A DNA stretch of 64,000 bases from positions 18,408 to 82,407 of the forward strand of contig JAGBEV010000036.1 in assembly GCA_017936785.1 (NCBI GenBank), read 5' to 3'. A program made the translations under genes and the position numbers. Each line of letters opens with the position of its first letter. The first letter of the stretch is position 1. Source of the stretch: Lachnospiraceae bacterium. Lineage in GTDB: Bacteria; Bacillota; Clostridia; Lachnospirales; Lachnospiraceae. Of this stretch, positions 28,513-38,452 are shown one piece after another. The notes under the pieces are model-generated. The model was not told where the DNA came from and ran no database searches. It saw nothing but the letters and a program-made list of their open reading frames with translations.

Positions 28513-31086
28513 CTACCATTCCACCAGTACGGAAACATATTTGTCTTCTGTACTGATGATCTCCGGCATCAGTCCCATATCATCTAAAGCAGGAAGCAGC
28601 TCTTCTTCAAAATATCCTGCAGTGGTAAAAATAATTTTTATTTCTTCCTTTTCTTCTCCGTCTTTCATATCTTCTGACAGAGCCTTTAATCCACCCTGAG
28701 TACATTCAAAATCTCCATAGGCTTCTGCCACAAACACATCCTGCTGTGCCCATGTTTCATTTAAAGGCTGCCCCGGCTGATCCGGCTCAAGCACTACATA
28801 TGCCAAAGCACCTCTGGTTCCTTTATTTTCTGCTGTCTCCTGTATTAAAATCTGAAAGGCATTGGTCTGGATACCGTTTATTCCATAACGGCGAAAAGTC
28901 CCAAACAAAATCAAGGAATAGATTCCTGCTATGGCAAGAGCGCCATACCATACGGACTCTTTAAAAAATACAGGCAGTTCCTGCTTTTCCACAATCCTTC
29001 CCAACACAACAGCACCTGCAATCAGAAGCGCTGTTACCACCGGATACAAATACCACAGCAGCTTGGTAGACACTGCAGAAAAAGCCAATGCAGGCACTGC
29101 GATCCACAGAACAAATCCTATCACATCCCTGTGAAAAACAGTCTTTTTACATGCTTCCCACAGACTGTATTTTCCTTTTTTCTTTTCATATATTACCCAA
29201 AAGATGCCTGCCAACAGGATCAGGATCGATACCACCAGATAAATCTGAATACTTCCGCTCATCTTGCCCAGATAATAAGAAAAATAATACCCAAATCCCG
29301 CTTCATTGCTTCCAAAGCCCTGGCTGGAACGCCCCAGCACATCCGTATACCACATTTCTTTCAGAAAAGCCGTACCGTCAGTTAAATAGCGCAAAATCCC
29401 CCAGATGCCCACAGGCAATGCCGCAGAAGCAAGGAATTTCGCCCAGACTCCCGGTTTCATCCGTTTAAATTCACCGGTAAAGAGCAGATACAACCCGCCG
29501 ATTGCCACGATCACGCCGGCATGAAAACTCTTAGTCAGAAAAGCCAGCGCAAACAAAACTCCGCACCGGTACAGATTTTTCTGATCTTCCCTGATACGCA
29601 GCATACAAAGCATTGCCAAAGTAAAGATCAGCACATACAGGCTGTCCGCATCTCCCGCCCTGACCATATGTGCCAGAAAAGGCGTGGTATTGGCAGAAAG
29701 AAATGCCAGACACAACAATGCAGGAGCACGTCCGTAACGTTTTCTGACAAAAACAGCCGCACAAAAGGCGAGGGTCAGATAGCATATTACCGACGGCAGA
29801 CGCATGGCAAAAACACTTTTCCCGAAGATCACCATGCTTGCCATAATGGTCCACATACTGAGAGGCGGTTTTAAATTATAATAATCGGTCTCATAAAGAT
29901 AAGTACTCTCTATGAGATTTCCCTCTTTTAACATTTCATAAGCATTGACTCCGTGTCTGGATTCATCCCATGGATCAACATATTTTACATCCAGCTTATA
30001 GAAACACAAAAAAGCCAGCCATGCAAAGAGGAAAAGAAATCCCATCTGATACATGCGTTCCTTTTCATCCCTGCCCACACAGGTCAAGGTCCGGTATAAG
30101 GGAGCGGACAAAAGGAAAATCAGATATCCTGCCCTCTTGGTCAGGGATAGCCCCTCTTTCTCTCCACATATTTCTTCCTTTACATAGGATTTCAGACGCT
30201 TCTGCTGCGCCTTTTCCTCCGGCAGTTCTTCTTTTAATGGATAGTAATAATGAATTGCCCCATCCGCTCTTGCCCTTTTTGCAAAGGACACCTGCGTCCT
30301 GTCTCCTTTTTCTTCAAAATACCGGATTCTCTCATCCAGTGCGTCCATCCAGTCCAGCCTTTTCAGATTAAACCGGCTTCGGGTAATGCTTTCCGGTGCG
30401 GTAAAATAACCATATAAAGGCTTATGAATATATACACCTTTGGAAACTTTATCATAGATGCGGTAAGTGGTCGCCTCATCTTCATGGATCTTTCCTTTGG
30501 GAAAACGTATTCCTTCCCACAAAGAAGCCTTATAAAGTTTATTCCATGATACGATGAAATAAGTTGCGTCCCTGTGGTTGGCATCATACAGATTGGACAA
30601 AAGGGCACTTCTGCTGCATACCTCAATGCTTCCGTCCCGAATATGATCTCTTTCATTTTCCTCCTGAATTTCATTGACAGGGGGACAATCAAAAATGGAT
30701 TTGTCAAAATCTTTGGAAGTGGTGACCTCATAGGAACACATGGCTACATCCCCATCAGTCTTTTCCAACTGCCAAAGAAGGGTTTCCACAAAATCCGCCG
30801 CAATATAATCATCGCTGTCCACAAAGGCAATATAATCTCCCGATGCCGCATCAAGCCCGGCATTCCTTGCATCGGACAGACCTCCGTTTTCCTTGTGGAT
30901 GACTTTTATTCGATTGTCCTTTTGGGCGTAACCGTCACAAATTTTACCACAGCCATCAGGGGAACCGTCATCTACCAGTATGATCTCCAGATTGGAATAG
31001 GTCTGGTTAATGATGGAATCCACCGCACGCTTTAAATATGGTTCCACTTTGTAGATCGGTACAATCACGGAAACACATTTCTCCAT
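28513..31086 (-). CDS. Fusion of an N-terminal GT2 domain and a C-terminal ArnT/PMT-like GT-C domain
   Basis: Residues 1-~330: SVIVPIYKVE, VDDGSPD, NGGLSDARNAG, FVDSDD, HEDE. C-terminal ~510 aa polytopic with WDESRH, KPPL, RLPS, LTKS. One uninterrupted frame. Confidence 0.85.
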   Translation of the reverse strand: MEKCVSVIVPIYKVEPYLKRAVDSIINQTYSNLEIILVDDGSPDGCGKICDGYAQKDNRIKVIHKENGGLSDARNAGLDAASGDYIAFVDSDDYIAADFVETLLWQLEKTDGDVAMCSYEVTTSKDFDKSIFDCPPVNEIQEENERDHIRDGSIEVCSRSALLSNLYDANHRDATYFIVSWNKLYKASLWEGIRFPKGKIHEDEATTYRIYDKVSKGVYIHKPLYGYFTAPESITRSRFNLKRLDWMDALDERIRYFEEKGDRTQVSFAKRARADGAIHYYYPLKEELPEEKAQQKRLKSYVKEEICGEKEGLSLTKRAGYLIFLLSAPLYRTLTCVGRDEKERMYQMGFLFLFAWLAFLCFYKLDVKYVDPWDESRHGVNAYEMLKEGNLIESTYLYETDYYNLKPPLSMWTIMASMVIFGKSVFAMRLPSVICYLTLAFCAAVFVRKRYGRAPALLCLAFLSANTTPFLAHMVRAGDADSLYVLIFTLAMLCMLRIREDQKNLYRCGVLFALAFLTKSFHAGVIVAIGGLYLLFTGEFKRMKPGVWAKFLASAALPVGIWGILRYLTDGTAFLKEMWYTDVLGRSSQGFGSNEAGFGYYFSYYLGKMSGSIQIYLVVSILILLAGIFWVIYEKKKGKYSLWEACKKTVFHRDVIGFVLWIAVPALAFSAVSTKLLWYLYPVVTALLIAGAVVLGRIVEKQELPVFFKESVWYGALAIAGIYSLILFGTFRRYGINGIQTNAFQILIQETAENKGTRGALAYVVLEPDQPGQPLNETWAQQDVFVAEAYGDFECTQGGLKALSEDMKDGEEKEEIKIIFTTAGYFEEELLPALDDMGLMPEIISTEDKYVSVLVEW

Positions 31087-31089
31087 ACT

Positions 31090-32100
31090 TTATCCTCGCT
31101 TTTTTAATACCCCGGCAATAAAACCTCTTACATGCACAAGAAAATAAACCATTTTTGTACAGTTCCTTTTATAAAACAAAAATATCAGACGGTAATCCGG
31201 CAGCTCCAGCTTCGGATGCTTACCCGGCTCTCCCAGTCCGGCAAGTGCCTCTTCGTAGAGCCTGATTGCCTGCAGTTTCTCTTTTCTGCCCATTTCCCTA
31301 TCAAATGCCAGTCCTTCCAGATCGTCCAGAAACTCTATGACTGCTTTGGTGGCAGGCATATTCTCACAGTCAATTTCCATTTTCTCAAAAAAAGCAGAAG
31401 AAGCTTCATAAAGCCGGAATGCAATGGGGATTTTATCCATTCTCTTTTTGGTAGAGAGAGTGGTTCCCCGGTCATCCTGTATATAATTGCAGACCGGATA
31501 GGCGATCACGGCAATTTTCGCCGCCCTCTCCATATATGCCTGATTAAACAAAAGATCCTCTCCCAGATTCAGGTCTGTGGGAAAACCATCTTTTATCAGT
31601 TCTTTTTTATACAATTTATTCCAGGGCATATTGAAAAAACCCTTTCCATAAAGAGCAGTCAGTTCCTTCTGGTCCTCAATGCTTAAATTCCCCATTTCAT
31701 AAGAGCCGCTTTTGGGCACTTTCAGAATATCCCTGCCAAAATACAAATGATGGAATCCTGCAATGACCAGGTCTGCGCCTATGGCTTCCATAGCTTCAAT
31801 CAGCTTTTCATTGGAATCCGAATCCACATAATCATCGCTGTCCACAAACCGGATATATTCACCCTTTGCCTCCCGGATTCCACGGTTTCTTGCCTTGGAG
31901 ACTCCCTGATTTTCCTGATTGATAACGCGGATACGCCCATCTGTTTCAGCCAGCTTCTCCGACAAAATTCCCGAACCATCCGGCGGTCCGTCCACCACCA
32001 GAAGGATTTCCATATCCCTATAAGTCTGGGCGCACAGGCTTTTTACACACTTCTCCAGAGTTTTTTCACTTTTATACACAGGTACAATGACACTGATCAT
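31090..32100 (-). CDS. GT2 glycosyltransferase
   Basis: ISVIVPVYK, NQGVSKARNRG, FVDSDD, PWNKLYK, GEDLLFN. Confidence 0.9.
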   Translation of the reverse strand: MISVIVPVYKSEKTLEKCVKSLCAQTYRDMEILLVVDGPPDGSGILSEKLAETDGRIRVINQENQGVSKARNRGIREAKGEYIRFVDSDDYVDSDSNEKLIEAMEAIGADLVIAGFHHLYFGRDILKVPKSGSYEMGNLSIEDQKELTALYGKGFFNMPWNKLYKKELIKDGFPTDLNLGEDLLFNQAYMERAAKIAVIAYPVCNYIQDDRGTTLSTKKRMDKIPIAFRLYEASSAFFEKMEIDCENMPATKAVIEFLDDLEGLAFDREMGRKEKLQAIRLYEEALAGLGEPGKHPKLELPDYRLIFLFYKRNCTKMVYFLVHVRGFIAGVLKKRG

Positions 32101-32162
32101 ACTTTTTCCCTACATCTTCATTTATTTATTCTCAATATGTGAACGACGGTTATGCTCAAACA

Positions 32163-34253
32163 TTATACATTCATTTTAAGAATTATCAGTTTCCACGTCA
32201 TAAACAGATTTACTGCACAAAGAAATCCAAAAATCACTCTCTCATATACACCCGGAAGGCTCTGCAGCTTGTTCTTTACAAGGAAAAGCCCTTTTTCCTT
32301 TCCTTCTCCCCTGCCGAAGAAACAGCTCAAAAAGGGCAGGAACAGGGGAATAAAATATCTGCCCTGTACACCCAGGATCTGTTGGCTGCCCACAGCCGTA
32401 AAAGAAATGTACATGGAGGAAAATACGATTGCTGCCACTCCAAAATTCATCAGGTGGGTCAGACCATGAACAGCCTTTCCCAATTTCTCTTTTACTCCGG
32501 CGAAAAGTGCTGCAAATATGCCCAGAAGGATCAACAGCCAGTTTACCCAGAAAGGCGCAGTTCCCAAATATGCGTAACCTGCATAAGGTACACCTGCCAA
32601 GGTATAACCAAACAGCATACCGAACATCTCTTTTAACAAAACTTTGGTATAAGTCAGCGGGTTCTGCATCACATAAGAAATCTGTCCCATGGTGCTGGTG
32701 CCTACGCTCCGCTTATCTCCTGAATATGCCGCATTGCTGACTAACTGATAATCCCCTCCCGCTACAGGAGTCGGGAAGAAAATATTATAGATCATCAGCC
32801 CGGCAAGAATCGTAACGGAAACTTTAAACAGCGCAGCCATCCATTTATTATGAAATTTCTTTGCAGGGAGGAAAAGCAGCATCAAAGCCATGACAATATA
32901 AACGGGCTTGGACAGACACCCTACTACAAAGGATAAAAGCATTAGCAATGCGTTGTCCGGCTTTACCTTTTCATCCGGCGTCAAAAATTCATTTAATAAA
33001 AGCACATAGCCCAAAAGCAGGCATGAGGTTACCAGTGCATCATAGGAAAGGGCTGATGCAATAAAAATGTTGTTGGGCAGCAGCCCAATGCCTGCTACCA
33101 CCATGCCGTAACCCTTTGCCTTTTTGACCGCCCAAAAAACAATCAAAATATAACACAGCAGATTGCCAAGCTTTGCCATGGCAACCATATCTGCAAATCC
33201 CACATGAAACACTCTTCCCAGATAGAAACCTGCTGCCATGGGATAATAGACTCTTGTTTCCGCCCTGGGGAAACGGCTCTGATGCCCAATGTCCGGGGCA
33301 ATATGGGAGGGATCGTTCATGAAATCCTCATAAGCTTCCACCAATTCCCGTTCTTCAGGATTATTAAAGTATGGCAGTGTATTCCCTACCATCTGCATTG
33401 CCGCCTCTGTAGTCTCAATGGTAGAACCAAATGAAAGCTTGTAAGCACTCTTTGCATGGGCATACTCATCATAACTTACCTGATTGGTCCCAATGCCCAT
33501 GATCACCAGACTTCCCAAAAGCAGCGCAAAAACAGCAAAAAACCACTGGGGTCTTTGTTTCATCTGCTCCCATACATTTCTTCCTGCCCCAAATATCCAA
33601 TAAAGCATCAGAAAGAATACTGCAAAAAAGCTCATGCGCACAGTATTTAAAGAAAACTCATTGGAAATGGTAACCTTTAAGGCGGACAGATCCGGTTCCT
33701 CACCTGTTAAAAGAACGATTTCCATGGCATCTGCGGTTTTGCCCACATTGGCAATGCCTGCGTCAAGCTTGGGATTGATACTGCAATAAACCTGATCTGT
33801 CAACAGCGTTCCCTTATCATATACACTCACTGTATAGCCTGCATTTTCTTCTATGGGAAGCTCCACCTTTATTTTCTTTACATAATAGGCATCTCCCAGT
33901 TCCATGCGGATTCTGGTCTCTTTTACCTTCTGGTAAATAACTCCGTCCTGTTCCACAAGGGATTCATCCAGTTCCTCCACATATTCCTCTCCATTATATT
34001 CAGCTAAGAGCTTTTTATTTTCCTGCTCCACCCGAATAGCATTCTGTTCCTCGGCAGAAAGCTGTGCCAAAGAGTCAATAGTCTCCGTTGCCATTCTCTC
34101 TCTGCCAAACTGAACCGCTTTATAAGAATGAAAAAGTGCCTGTCTGTTAAATACCAATATTTCCGAAAGGACCGAAAGGAAAAGTACCGCCAAAAGAACA
34201 GCTGCACCTTTGAATACACCTTTCATCAGTCTTTTTTTCTTATCCGGCTGCAT
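32163..34253 (-). CDS. DUF2142-like polytopic protein (putative GT-C) with N-terminal external domain
   Basis: SYDEYAH, ALSYD, LSKPVY, GVQGRYFIP motifs; start at MQPDKK with GGAGG RBS. Confidence 0.72.
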   Translation of the reverse strand: MQPDKKKRLMKGVFKGAAVLLAVLFLSVLSEILVFNRQALFHSYKAVQFGRERMATETIDSLAQLSAEEQNAIRVEQENKKLLAEYNGEEYVEELDESLVEQDGVIYQKVKETRIRMELGDAYYVKKIKVELPIEENAGYTVSVYDKGTLLTDQVYCSINPKLDAGIANVGKTADAMEIVLLTGEEPDLSALKVTISNEFSLNTVRMSFFAVFFLMLYWIFGAGRNVWEQMKQRPQWFFAVFALLLGSLVIMGIGTNQVSYDEYAHAKSAYKLSFGSTIETTEAAMQMVGNTLPYFNNPEERELVEAYEDFMNDPSHIAPDIGHQSRFPRAETRVYYPMAAGFYLGRVFHVGFADMVAMAKLGNLLCYILIVFWAVKKAKGYGMVVAGIGLLPNNIFIASALSYDALVTSCLLLGYVLLLNEFLTPDEKVKPDNALLMLLSFVVGCLSKPVYIVMALMLLFLPAKKFHNKWMAALFKVSVTILAGLMIYNIFFPTPVAGGDYQLVSNAAYSGDKRSVGTSTMGQISYVMQNPLTYTKVLLKEMFGMLFGYTLAGVPYAGYAYLGTAPFWVNWLLILLGIFAALFAGVKEKLGKAVHGLTHLMNFGVAAIVFSSMYISFTAVGSQQILGVQGRYFIPLFLPFLSCFFGRGEGKEKGLFLVKNKLQSLPGVYERVIFGFLCAVNLFMTWKLIILKMNV

Positions 34254-35001
34254 CTTTTTCTTCCTCCCTTCTCTTTTTATGAGGATAGCATACGGTTGCC
34301 GATGCCGCCAGGAATACAAAAGTCAGTACCCGGCTGTCATAAAGAAGAGGATAGGTATTGTGGGAATAGATATAATAATTTTTAATCATTTCCGCCGCAT
34401 CCTCACCATTTATCATATCCGTAATCTGTTCTCCGTTTATATAGGTTGCCGCCTTGTCCACCCTGCCGTGATTCATAAAAATCCCCGGCATAACGCCTTC
34501 AGTATTGCTATTGACACGGTAAGTAAAAGTAATATACAGCTTTCCGGTACAAAGTCCTTCTTCATCAAAGGGAAGATAAGGATATTGTCCGTCCAGACAT
34601 GTGCCCAGACCATAGCTTTTCTCCAAAATAAGCTCCCGTCCCTCACTTGTCATTTCCAGAGGGAGCTCTTCTTCAAAAGAAAAATCATCCTCCAGCCTGT
34701 ATACCCGGTAGATCAGTTCAGCGCCTTCCAGGGATGCACCGTTTTTGGATATTCCGATCTGTATACCCTTCAGGGCACGTCCGTCTGTTTCCATTACATA
34801 TCCGATCTCATCCTCTGCACCGGACAGGCTCTTTATCAATTCTTCATCTCCCTCAGTTTCTTTCATATTGACCTCATAAGTGTCCAATACTTCATTGGGA
34901 AATAAATAACTGCCAATAAACCCTGCTAAACATAGCAGGGTACCTATTGGCAGTATCAAATATACATATTGACTGATCACTTTTTTGAAACTTTTTAGCA
35001 T
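34240..35001 (-). CDS. Hypothetical protein: TM, external beta-rich domain, TM
   Basis: Hydrophobic segments at both ends; start 4 nt after the leuA stop; 3' end overlaps the next gene. Confidence 0.7.
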   Translation of the reverse strand: MLKSFKKVISQYVYLILPIGTLLCLAGFIGSYLFPNEVLDTYEVNMKETEGDEELIKSLSGAEDEIGYVMETDGRALKGIQIGISKNGASLEGAELIYRVYRLEDDFSFEEELPLEMTSEGRELILEKSYGLGTCLDGQYPYLPFDEEGLCTGKLYITFTYRVNSNTEGVMPGIFMNHGRVDKAATYINGEQITDMINGEDAAEMIKNYYIYSHNTYPLLYDSRVLTFVFLAASATVCYPHKKRREEEKDAAG

Positions 35002-35005
35002 AAGC

Positions 35006-36685
35006 TTATTTCTCTCCCAGCCCAAGTCTGTTTACTGCTGAAAAGATCGCACGGACACTGGCTCTGGTAATGTTGCTGGACACACCGACACCATAAGTCA
35101 CCCTGCCGTCATCTGCATCCAGTAAATGAATATATGCGGCAGCCTGGGAATTGGAACCGCTCTGGAGAGCATGCTCTTCATAATCCAGCACCTTAACCTT
35201 AACGCCTAAAGTCTCCTGAATACCACGCTGTACGGCATCAATAGGTCCGTTGCCCACAGCCTCAAAATATTTCTTCTCTCCATGGTCTGTATAAGTTACC
35301 GTAACCTTGGTATCAAATTCAGACTGGATCACATCACTCAGATCGTCTACACGAAGCTGGCGGAAATGAATAGGTTCCTTCTTGTTGAGATATTCCTCAC
35401 GGAATTTATCCATGATCTGATCAGGAGAAACCTCACCCTGCTTTTCGGAAATTGCCTGGATCACATTGGCGAATTCCTTGTGCATGCCCTTGGGCAACTT
35501 AAATCCGAAATAGGTATCCATAACAAATGCCACGCCGCCCTTACCGGACTGGGAATTGATACGGACAATAGGCTCGTATTCCCTTCCGATATCCGCAGGA
35601 TCGATGGGCAGATAAGGCACCTGCCAGTACTGGTTGTTCCTCTCCTTCATGGCTGCCACGCCTTTATTGATGGCATCCTGATGAGAACCTGAGAATGCAG
35701 TAAATACCAGTTTGCCCGCATAAGGATGTCTGGGATGGATGGGAATCTTGCAGCATCTTTCATAAATTTCGATAATATCATTTACATGCTCGATATTCAG
35801 TTCAGGATCGATCCCCTGGGAAAACATGTTATAGGCAATGTTCAAAACATCTACATTACCGGTTCTTTCACCATTTCCAAACAGAGTTCCTTCCACACGG
35901 TCCGCACCTGCCAACAATGCAAGCTCCGCACTTGCCACACCTGTTCCTCTGTCATTGTGAGGATGTACGGATAATATAATGGATTCCCTGTTTTCAAAAT
36001 GTTTATTCATCCATTCGATCTGATCTGCATAAACATTCGGCGTATTCATCTCTACAGTAGAAGGCAGATTGATGATCATAGGATTTTCCCATGTAGGTCC
36101 CCATGCCTTCTGTACTGCCGTACAGATCTCAAGAGCAAAGTCCAATTCTGTTCCCGTAAAGCTTTCGGGAGAATATTCCAGAATGATCTTACCGGGGAAT
36201 TTAGCAGCACGCTCCTTTACCATATTGGTACCTTTTACGGCAATATCGATGATCTGCTCCCTGTCCATGTGGAACACTACATCCCTCTGAAGTGTGGATG
36301 TGGAATTGTAAATATGAACGATCGCCTGTTTACATCCTTCAATTGCCTCAAAGGTGCGGTCGATCAGTTCTTCCCTGCACTGGGTCAAAACCTGGACACA
36401 CACGTCATCAGGAATCATCTTACGGTCAATAAGCTGGCGCAGGAAATCAAATTCGATCTGGCTTGCTGCCGGAAAACCGATCTCAATTTCCTTAAATCCC
36501 AACTGGATCAGAAACTGGAACATTTCGATTTTTTCTTCCACTACCATAGGATCGATCAATGCCTGATTTCCGTCTCTTAAATCCACGCTGCACCAGATGG
36601 GTGCTTTTTCGATTTCCTTATTTGGCCATTCCCTCTCCGGATAATGCACTACCGGATTTTTCTGATATCTCTTATAGTTTAACAT
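35006..36685 (-). CDS. leuA: 2-isopropylmalate synthase
   Basis: WCSVDLRDGNQAL, HPHNDRG, GTLFGNGERTGN, SGSHQDAI, RINSQSGKGG, GNGPIDA. Confidence 0.96.
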   Translation of the reverse strand: MLNYKRYQKNPVVHYPEREWPNKEIEKAPIWCSVDLRDGNQALIDPMVVEEKIEMFQFLIQLGFKEIEIGFPAASQIEFDFLRQLIDRKMIPDDVCVQVLTQCREELIDRTFEAIEGCKQAIVHIYNSTSTLQRDVVFHMDREQIIDIAVKGTNMVKERAAKFPGKIILEYSPESFTGTELDFALEICTAVQKAWGPTWENPMIINLPSTVEMNTPNVYADQIEWMNKHFENRESIILSVHPHNDRGTGVASAELALLAGADRVEGTLFGNGERTGNVDVLNIAYNMFSQGIDPELNIEHVNDIIEIYERCCKIPIHPRHPYAGKLVFTAFSGSHQDAINKGVAAMKERNNQYWQVPYLPIDPADIGREYEPIVRINSQSGKGGVAFVMDTYFGFKLPKGMHKEFANVIQAISEKQGEVSPDQIMDKFREEYLNKKEPIHFRQLRVDDLSDVIQSEFDTKVTVTYTDHGEKKYFEAVGNGPIDAVQRGIQETLGVKVKVLDYEEHALQSGSNSQAAAYIHLLDADDGRVTYGVGVSSNITRASVRAIFSAVNRLGLGEK

Positions 36686-36711
36686 ATGACAAATTCCTCT
36701 CCTTCTTATAG

Positions 36712-36740
36712 AAAACAGCCCATCCGAATAGATGGGCCGT
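36712..36740 (-). terminator. Intrinsic terminator after ptsH
   Basis: Minus strand GCCCATC-tattcg-GATGGGC followed by TGTTTT. Confidence 0.55.
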
Positions 36741-36751
36741 CATGCACTGTT

Positions 36752-37015
36752 TTATTCACCAAGTCCGTTTTCAATTGCTGTGATCAACGCTTTTAATGCT
36801 TCCTCTTCATCTTCGCCTTCACAGACAAACTCGATCTCATCTCCGCATTTCACACAGGCTCCAAGAACGCTTAGAACGCTCTTCGCATTTGCCGTACTAT
36901 CTCTAAATGAAAATGTTATTAATGACTTAAACTGCATGGCCTCCTTACATAGGATGCCGGCAGGTCTTAAGTGCAACCCCGTAGGATTTTTTATTACTAC
37001 CTTTTGACTTACCAT
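36752..37015 (-). CDS. ptsH: Phosphocarrier protein HPr
   Basis: GLHLRPA (His15) and NAKSVL (Ser46); GGAGG RBS. Confidence 0.9.
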   Translation of the reverse strand: MVSQKVVIKNPTGLHLRPAGILCKEAMQFKSLITFSFRDSTANAKSVLSVLGACVKCGDEIEFVCEGEDEEEALKALITAIENGLGE

Positions 37016-37049
37016 TAAATTACCCTCCAATATATCTATACCCTTATTA

Positions 37050-37078
37050 ACTATAACACTTTTCCCATTATTTCACAA
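37050..37078 (-). promoter_or_regulatory. sigma-A promoter of ptsH
   Basis: TTGTGA-17-TATAGT with TG extension. Confidence 0.55.
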
Positions 37079-37081
37079 GCC

Positions 37082-38431
37082 TTACAGCATGACATTCTGA
37101 ATCAGGTCTGCCAGTTTACGAGCTTCCACCTCGATCTGCTCCTGATCCTTTCCTTCAATCATAACTCTGACCAGAGGCTCTGTGCCCGAAGGGCGGATCA
37201 AAACCCTTCCTTCACCTGCAAATTTCTCTGACAACTGTCCAATGGCTTCTGCAATTTCAGGATATTCCATATAGCTTTCTTTTTTATGATTAGGCACTCT
37301 GGCATTTACCAATGCCTGTGGCAGCACCTCCATAATGGAAGCCAGCTCACTTAAAGGCTTGCCGGTTTCCACCAGCACCTGCAGCAGATGCAGGGCGCTG
37401 AGCAGACCGTCCCCGGTAGTATTTTCATCCAGGAAGATAATATGTCCCGACTGTTCTCCGCCCAGATTGGCTCCGATTTCCTTCATGCGCTCCAGTACAT
37501 AGCGGTCTCCCACCTTAGTCTGTTCCATGGCAATACCATGGGCTTTTCCCATGAGGAAAAATCCCAGATTGCTCATGACCGTAGCAACAATGGTATTATC
37601 TTTTAATACGCCTTTATTTTTCATATGGTTGCCTACGATAGCCATGATCTGGTCACCGTCAACCTTTTTTCCCTTTTCATCCACCGCCAGCAGTCTGTCA
37701 GCATCACCGTCAAAAGCAAGACCGATATCCGCTTTTTCATATACCACTCTCGCCATCAGCTCTTCCATATGAGTAGAACCACAGTTAGCATTGATATTGG
37801 TGCCGTCAGGATTATTATGAATAGCAACAACTGTTGCTCCCAGCTCCTTTAAAGTTTCCACTGAAGTGTAAAAAGAAGCGCCTTCTGCACAATCCACCAC
37901 GATCTTCAGTCCCTCTAAGCTGACAGGTATTGCCTTCATGGCATGGTTAATATATTCCTCTCTGGCATCCGTACGGTACTTGATCTTACCCACAGATGAA
38001 CCTGTAGGAAACTTTACTCCTTCCATACCGCTGCGGATCAATTCCTCAATTTCATCCTCAAGAGCATCGGGAAGCTTATAGCCGTTCCCGTCAAAAAACT
38101 TGATTCCGTTAAATTCTACGGGATTGTGGGAGGCAGAAATCACGACTCCCGCATCAACCTTATACTTTCTGGTCAGATACGCCACTGCCGGGGTAGGCAC
38201 AACACCTACATAAACTACATTGGCTCCTACGGAACAGGCTCCCGCCATCAGGGCATTTGCCAGCATATCTCCTGAAATTCTCGTATCACATCCCACCATG
38301 ATCGTAGGCTTATGAGCATTTTCTCTGGTCAATACATATGCACCTGCCTGCCCTAATTCCATTGCAAGCTTCGGTGTCAGTTCCTCATTTGCCACACCTC
38401 TTACACCATCAGTTCCAAAAAGTCTTCCCAT
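37082..38431 (-). CDS. glmM: Phosphoglucosamine mutase
   Basis: [38 protein letters not shown]. Confidence 0.97.
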   Translation of the reverse strand: MGRLFGTDGVRGVANEELTPKLAMELGQAGAYVLTRENAHKPTIMVGCDTRISGDMLANALMAGACSVGANVVYVGVVPTPAVAYLTRKYKVDAGVVISASHNPVEFNGIKFFDGNGYKLPDALEDEIEELIRSGMEGVKFPTGSSVGKIKYRTDAREEYINHAMKAIPVSLEGLKIVVDCAEGASFYTSVETLKELGATVVAIHNNPDGTNINANCGSTHMEELMARVVYEKADIGLAFDGDADRLLAVDEKGKKVDGDQIMAIVGNHMKNKGVLKDNTIVATVMSNLGFFLMGKAHGIAMEQTKVGDRYVLERMKEIGANLGGEQSGHIIFLDENTTGDGLLSALHLLQVLVETGKPLSELASIMEVLPQALVNARVPNHKKESYMEYPEIAEAIGQLSEKFAGEGRVLIRPSGTEPLVRVMIEGKDQEQIEVEARKLADLIQNVML

Positions 38432-38452
38432 ATCATCATCCTCTGATTTTCA

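Noticed and set aside
1-35001. Flagellin glycosylation island
   Set aside because: No flagellin, Maf or TPR-GT genes are present; the flippase and GT-C content points to lipid-linked surface glycans.
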